From the NCBI RefSeq assembly GCF_006345805.1, contig NC_043016.1:5518001-5582000 (forward strand): 64,000 nucleotides of DNA, given 5' to 3'. This stretch comes from Octopus sinensis (lineage: Eukaryota). Each line of letters opens with the position of its first letter. The stretch's first letter is position 1. Of the stretch, positions 61,432 through 64,000 are shown one piece after another. Position numbers and translations under genes: made by a program. The notes under the pieces are model-generated. The model was not told where the DNA came from. It did not search any database and saw only the letters and a program-made list of their open reading frames with translations.

Positions 61432-62801
61432 CCTTCCGGTCGCGACGATACGGTCGGCCTTCCGCATTGGAGCGCGGCGCAAATATTAGACTGAGACCGA
61501 CGCAGCTGCCGCGCCTTCAGCGCGCGGATCCTAGGCGTGCGGCGGCTTCACGCCCTTCGATTTTGGTGACTCTGGATAACTGTCAGTACGATCGCACGGG
61601 CTAGTATCGCACTAGCCTTCGCGCGACGGGTCCCCCGCGAGTCCGCCCTATCAACTGTCGACGGCCCGGTCAGTGCTGACCGTGGTGGCAACGGGTAACG
61701 GGGAATCAGGGTTCGATTCCGGAGAGGGAGCATGCGAAACGGCTACCTCATCCAAGGAAGGCAGCAGGCGCGCAAATTACTCACTCCCGGCACGGGGAGG
61801 TAGTGACGAAAAATAACGAAGCGGGACTCTGTTGAGGCCCCGCGATCAGAATGAGTACACTTCAAATCCGTTAACGAGGATCGACTGGAGGGCAAGTCAG
61901 GTGCCATCAGCCGTGGTGCCAGCTCCGGTAGCGTATATTAAAATTGTTGCGTTTGAAAAGCTCGTAGTCGGAATTCGGGTATCGAAAACGTGCCCCAGCA
62001 CGTTCGGGGCGACGGCGCCGTCGTAGGCGTGCTTCTGGCGCGTCCGCTTCGGTCGTCCGTTCGCACTCCCGACCCTATTCGCCGGTGCGTGCGCGGTCGG
62101 GCCGCGGAGCTCTGCTCGCGTCGCCGCCGCGTCGGCCGCCGCCCTGCGCCTGTCTTCGCCCGCATGTGTCGTCCAGTTTCACGCCTGCGCGGCCTCGTCG
62201 TCGCGCGGGTCGGTGCTGCGCGCACGGGAGCCACGAGGTTCGAAGACGATCAGATACCGACTGGCGCTCCGCCGGCGTTCGCTTCGATGACCCGGCGGGG
62301 AGCCTGCGCGGGAAACCATAGTTGGTTCCGAGGGGAGTATCGTTGCAAAACAGAAATTTGACTCAACACGGGAAAACTCACCCGGTCCGGACACCGGTAG
62401 GATTGACAGATGGATAGTTCTTTCTCGATTCGGTGGGTGGTGGTGCATGGCCGTTCTTAGTTGGTGGAGCGATCCGTCTGGTTGATTCCGATAACGAACG
62501 AGACTCCGGCCTGCTAACTAGCGCGTCGATTAGTGCTTTTCCGGTAGCGCGGTGACGCCGAAGCCGTCGTCGGTAGCTCCGCGCGCGACCCGGGCTTGCC
62601 GTTGCCGCCACTCTCCTTCGCGTCTGGCGCTGCGGCCGCGTCCGGCTGCCGTCTCCCTCGCGGGGCGGTCGCGGCGTGGTTGCGACGTCGGTTGCGGAGC
62701 GGCGGCGGTGACCCGGTCGGCTCGGCCCGCGCGAGCCCGGCGGCGGCACGCCATCACGTCCGGGCCAGTCGGTTGGCGAACGCAGCGCTTCTTAGAGGGA
62801 C
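61432..62801 (+). pseudogene. 18S rRNA pseudogene fragment, copy 3 (different deletions)
   Basis: Retains AAATTACTCACTCCCGGCACGG, GAAGACGATCAGATACCG, TTTGACTCAACACGGG, GGTGGTGGTGCATGGCCGTTCTTAGTTGGTGG and GATAACGAACGAGAC. Ends at CTTCTTAGAGGGAC. Confidence 0.94.
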
Positions 62802-64000
62802 GGTGAAAATGCTAGGAATCTGGTTAGGTCCAGATCTCCAGATAGAGAAGAATTGGAGCGAGGTGGCGAGAAAGGTGGCTTTCCTAACTCAGACCTGGTC
62901 TGAGCGGAAGCTGTCCTTGAAAGGGAGGGCGGAGGTTGCAGAGGTGTTTATCGCCTCTGTAATGCCTTGCCCCGATTCGTGGCTGAACAAGCTAGAACGC
63001 ATGCTCTTTCGATTTTTGTGGCGGGGCAGCAGACCTCTTGTAAGGCGCTCTATTTGCTGCCAAAAGCCACTGAAGAGTGGGTTAGGGATGTCGTGGCTAA
63101 AAATGCGCAGACATGCGCTCAGACATAGCCACCTCTGGTTTTACCTGGACGGTGAGCAGGTATGGTCTCCGTTCTTCAAGCTGTTATTTCCACAGTTCAC
63201 TACGTTTACCAAACTGAACACATGGATCAAGTGTAGATCGAGGTTGGGCGTGTGGCATGTAGAGTGCGGGCAACGCCGGTGGCGGGGGTACTACCTCGTT
63301 CTTCTATAGAGGGTTAGTAGAGTTTAAAGTGTGACGATGTCCTGGGAGAAACCCTAGGCTTCGACGAAGATCAACGGGCCAGCCAGTTCCAAAGAACGTT
63401 CTGTCCGGGGCCTATGGATAATTACCAAAAGTCCCTGACCTGGCATTGTTACAGAGGAGCTTTACCGGTTCGAGTTAAGCTCTTTAGACATGGGTGTGCA
63501 CCTTCGCCGGTTTGTGCGAGATGTGAGAGGGACAGTGAAACTGTCCTGCACGCGATTGTGCAATGCCCCAAGGCGACTGAACTCTGGGCTTATGTCGAAC
63601 ACCTGCTGTCGTATTCGAGAAGAGTACAACTGTCGAGCGAATCTGTAATTAAGATCGTTCCACCGACCTCCCTGAATAAGGAGGAGCGAGCCTGTTTTCT
63701 TTCGGTAGTTGTATGGAAGACGAGAGTGAAAGGAATTGCAACAGGCATGTTTATCTCCAGTCTCGAGCTAATCGACTTTTTCGTTTTCCACATGAAACGG
63801 AAAATAAGGCTGGAGAAGAAATGCCTGTCGCAAAGTGTGTTTCGTAACAGATGGAAGTCTATAGGAAATATGTTGCGAGTGAAAGAACCTGTTTAATCGG
63901 GAATGTAGAAAAGGAGAAAGCAAAGTCTTCAGTGTGAGTATGTGGTTTGTAGGGTCAACCGCGTCCTCCGCTTCATTTTTTTGTTAATCACTCATCCTCA
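62802..64000 (+). mobile_element. Tx1-B 3' portion fused to 18S, running off the window inside the 3' UTR
   Basis: ORFs 62596..63309 (LINE part) and 63414..63896 (WHCYRGALPVR...CARC...ETVLHAIVQC zinc finger). Confidence 0.92.

Noticed and set aside
1-64000. Host protein-coding exons
   Set aside because: Every ORF with recognisable motifs is transposon-derived. Small exons cannot be excluded without transcript data.

Overview
Animal, repeat-saturated genomic DNA with no recognisable intact host protein gene. An octopus/coleoid cephalopod source is inferred from the GC-rich expanded 18S and the SINE types. Contents: (i) several R4/Dong-like RLE LINE copies, mostly inside (AAT)n tracts, one nearly full length. 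(ii) Two Tx1/L1-like LINE families, one of which (Tx1-B) abuts (TC)-rich microsatellites at both ends. (iii) CR1-like, RTE-like, mariner, Penelope GIY-YIG, Helentron-like and tRNA-SINE remnants. (iv) A 3-kb cluster (21.5-24.6 kb) of three unrelated tandem/inverted repeat families, each carrying a minimal type I hammerhead ribozyme fold. (v) Three 18S rDNA pseudogene fragments sharing one junction to Tx1-B; in two copies an ETS-like+18S block replaces the LINE RT core. (vi) An AT-rich satellite built of alternating hairpins. (vii) Nested duplications: a 7.3-kb repeat across a 100-N gap, and 53-64 kb as an abridged collinear copy of roughly 9-41.5 kb with microhomology junctions. All alignments and RNA folds were done by eye, element ends are approximate, and some frameshifts may be sequencing errors.
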